This document shows, piece by piece, positions 62,795 to 64,000 of a stretch of DNA of 64,000 bases. Each line of letters starts with the position of its first letter. Position 1 is the first letter of the stretch. The notes under the pieces are model-generated. The model made no database searches. It saw only the letters and a list, made by a program, of their open reading frames with translations, and was not told the DNA's origin. Both the position numbers and the translations under genes were made by a program. Source of the stretch: Utricularia gibba (Eukaryota; Plantae; Magnoliophyta); NCBI GenBank assembly GCA_002189035.1, contig CM007989.1, forward strand, positions 4,278,001 through 4,342,000, read 5' to 3'.

Positions 62795-63601
62795 TCATGG
62801 ACATCCGTAAGGCCTAACTGTTGCAGGGAAGTCTGCTCGTGGTCCAGCCAGTGAATAGTAAGCCAGGATGTGGGCGGGGTGCTCCACCTGGACTTCATTG
62901 CCGTTGCCGTCGGAGATGCTGTCTCGCCTCGCAGGGATGAGCTCGATGTTCCAAAAGGGTCGAATCATGGGTGACAGATCTCGGCCGTCTCCTGATGCTA
63001 GGTATCCTTGCACCCACAAGTACCTCATGGAGGTGAGCTGCAGTGCGGCCATTGCTATTGCACGTTCACTGAAACAGCATCCTCTCATCTCTAGCTTCTG
63101 CAGCCTGGGGCACCCTCTGGAGAATTCCAGTAGCCCTTTATCTGATTCTCCCACGAACCCAAGAAGCATCCATTTAATGTTATTGCTATACTGACCGATG
63201 TAACTAAGGCCTAAATCTGTCAATCCCCCAGGTCGGAGATACAAGGCGAACCTCTCAAGTTTATGGCAGCCGGTTAGAAGTGCTCGGACACCCTTGTCAA
63301 GAGGCAAGTCTGTGATTCTTTCTTGTCTTTCAAGTAGAACTAACCGAAAATCATTGAGTTCCTTGGAGTGACTACCAATGCATGCCAAGGATTCGTTGGT
63401 GACGTCCGACACATATACGGCAAAGTATTCAAGTTTAAGGCATCCTTGTGCCACAGCCATCAATCCTCTCTGCGTTACTATGCCCTCTAAATCTTCAATA
63501 TCATCATTTTCATCAGCTCCACGCTCGATCCTCAGTCTTGTAATCCTCTTACAGAATGAAGCAACAATCTCCAACCCTCTATCTCCTATGACATTTCTAG
63601 C
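62795..63601 (-). CDS. COI1: Coronatine-insensitive 1 (jasmonate receptor F-box/LRR protein), last exon; upstream exons lie beyond the right edge
   Basis: Acceptor CAG|GCT then ARNVIGDRGLEIVASFCKRITRLRIERGADE...VTQRGLMAVAQGC...FRLVLL...FALYLRPGGLTD...YLWVQGY...EHPAHILAYYSLAGPRADFP. Confidence 0.96.
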   Translation of the reverse strand, partial: ARNVIGDRGLEIVASFCKRITRLRIERGADENDDIEDLEGIVTQRGLMAVAQGCLKLEYFAVYVSDVTNESLACIGSHSKELNDFRLVLLERQERITDLPLDKGVRALLTGCHKLERFALYLRPGGLTDLGLSYIGQYSNNIKWMLLGFVGESDKGLLEFSRGCPRLQKLEMRGCCFSERAIAMAALQLTSMRYLWVQGYLASGDGRDLSPMIRPFWNIELIPARRDSISDGNGNEVQVEHPAHILAYYSLAGPRADFPATVRPYGCP

Positions 63602-64000
63602 CTGTTACATGTGAAGAGGGAGAAAGGTTATGATAATATAAAGCAACAAAAGAAAGTCTGTTCATGACATGTAGAAGAGGGTCTTAGTGATGGATTCCAG
63701 TAATATTAGTGGCAATTCACTATACTAATCAGCAAACCAGGTCCTAGGAAACCTCGGACCTCAATGTGACTGCTACACAAACTCTACGCCAATGTACTTA
63801 GGAATGTGTCATTCATGTAACTCATAACGAGGCAGCCCAAAAACCAAAATACCTTCAAATTAACAGCTAGATGAAATCATCACACACCGGATGGATATCA
63901 ATAAATAAAACTGCATCTTGCGTCAATAGCATTCAAAATATTCTGCATCATCAAAACTGAATCATGATACAAATTTTACCTCAAGATTTTCAAGGTTAGG

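Overview
Plant (eudicot, probably asterid) nuclear DNA. The left 50 kb is an old tandem duplication of the unit [secreted Gly/His-rich repeat-peptide gene + 5' part of the mitochondrial DnaJ gene ATJ1]. The right-hand ATJ1 copy is a pseudogene, and ~620 bp of it has been replaced by a 37.8-kb stack of nested transposons (6146-43971): Copia, Athila-like Gypsy, hAT and MULE remnants, most datable by target-site duplications (TSDs). Three minus-strand, two-exon genes encode GRP-type signal peptides followed by His/Gly/Tyr/Trp/Arg-rich segments (2078-2798, 45569-45962, 46830-47502). The middle one is not in the ORF track. The two long ones look like multi-core peptide precursors: five cationic aromatic cores each, separated by a conserved acidic spacer ending in E-[D/N], with Tyr invariant at core position 2. 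One paralog carries four identical cores; the other carries five different ones. This is the best candidate for an undescribed system. The right 14 kb is ordinary gene space: HESO1, mitochondrial-type ribosomal protein L31, a UGT709-like glycosyltransferase (catalytic His replaced by Pro, plus an unusual second intron) and the last exon of COI1. All gene identities come from recognising translated motifs; no database search was run, and identity percentages are hand counts.
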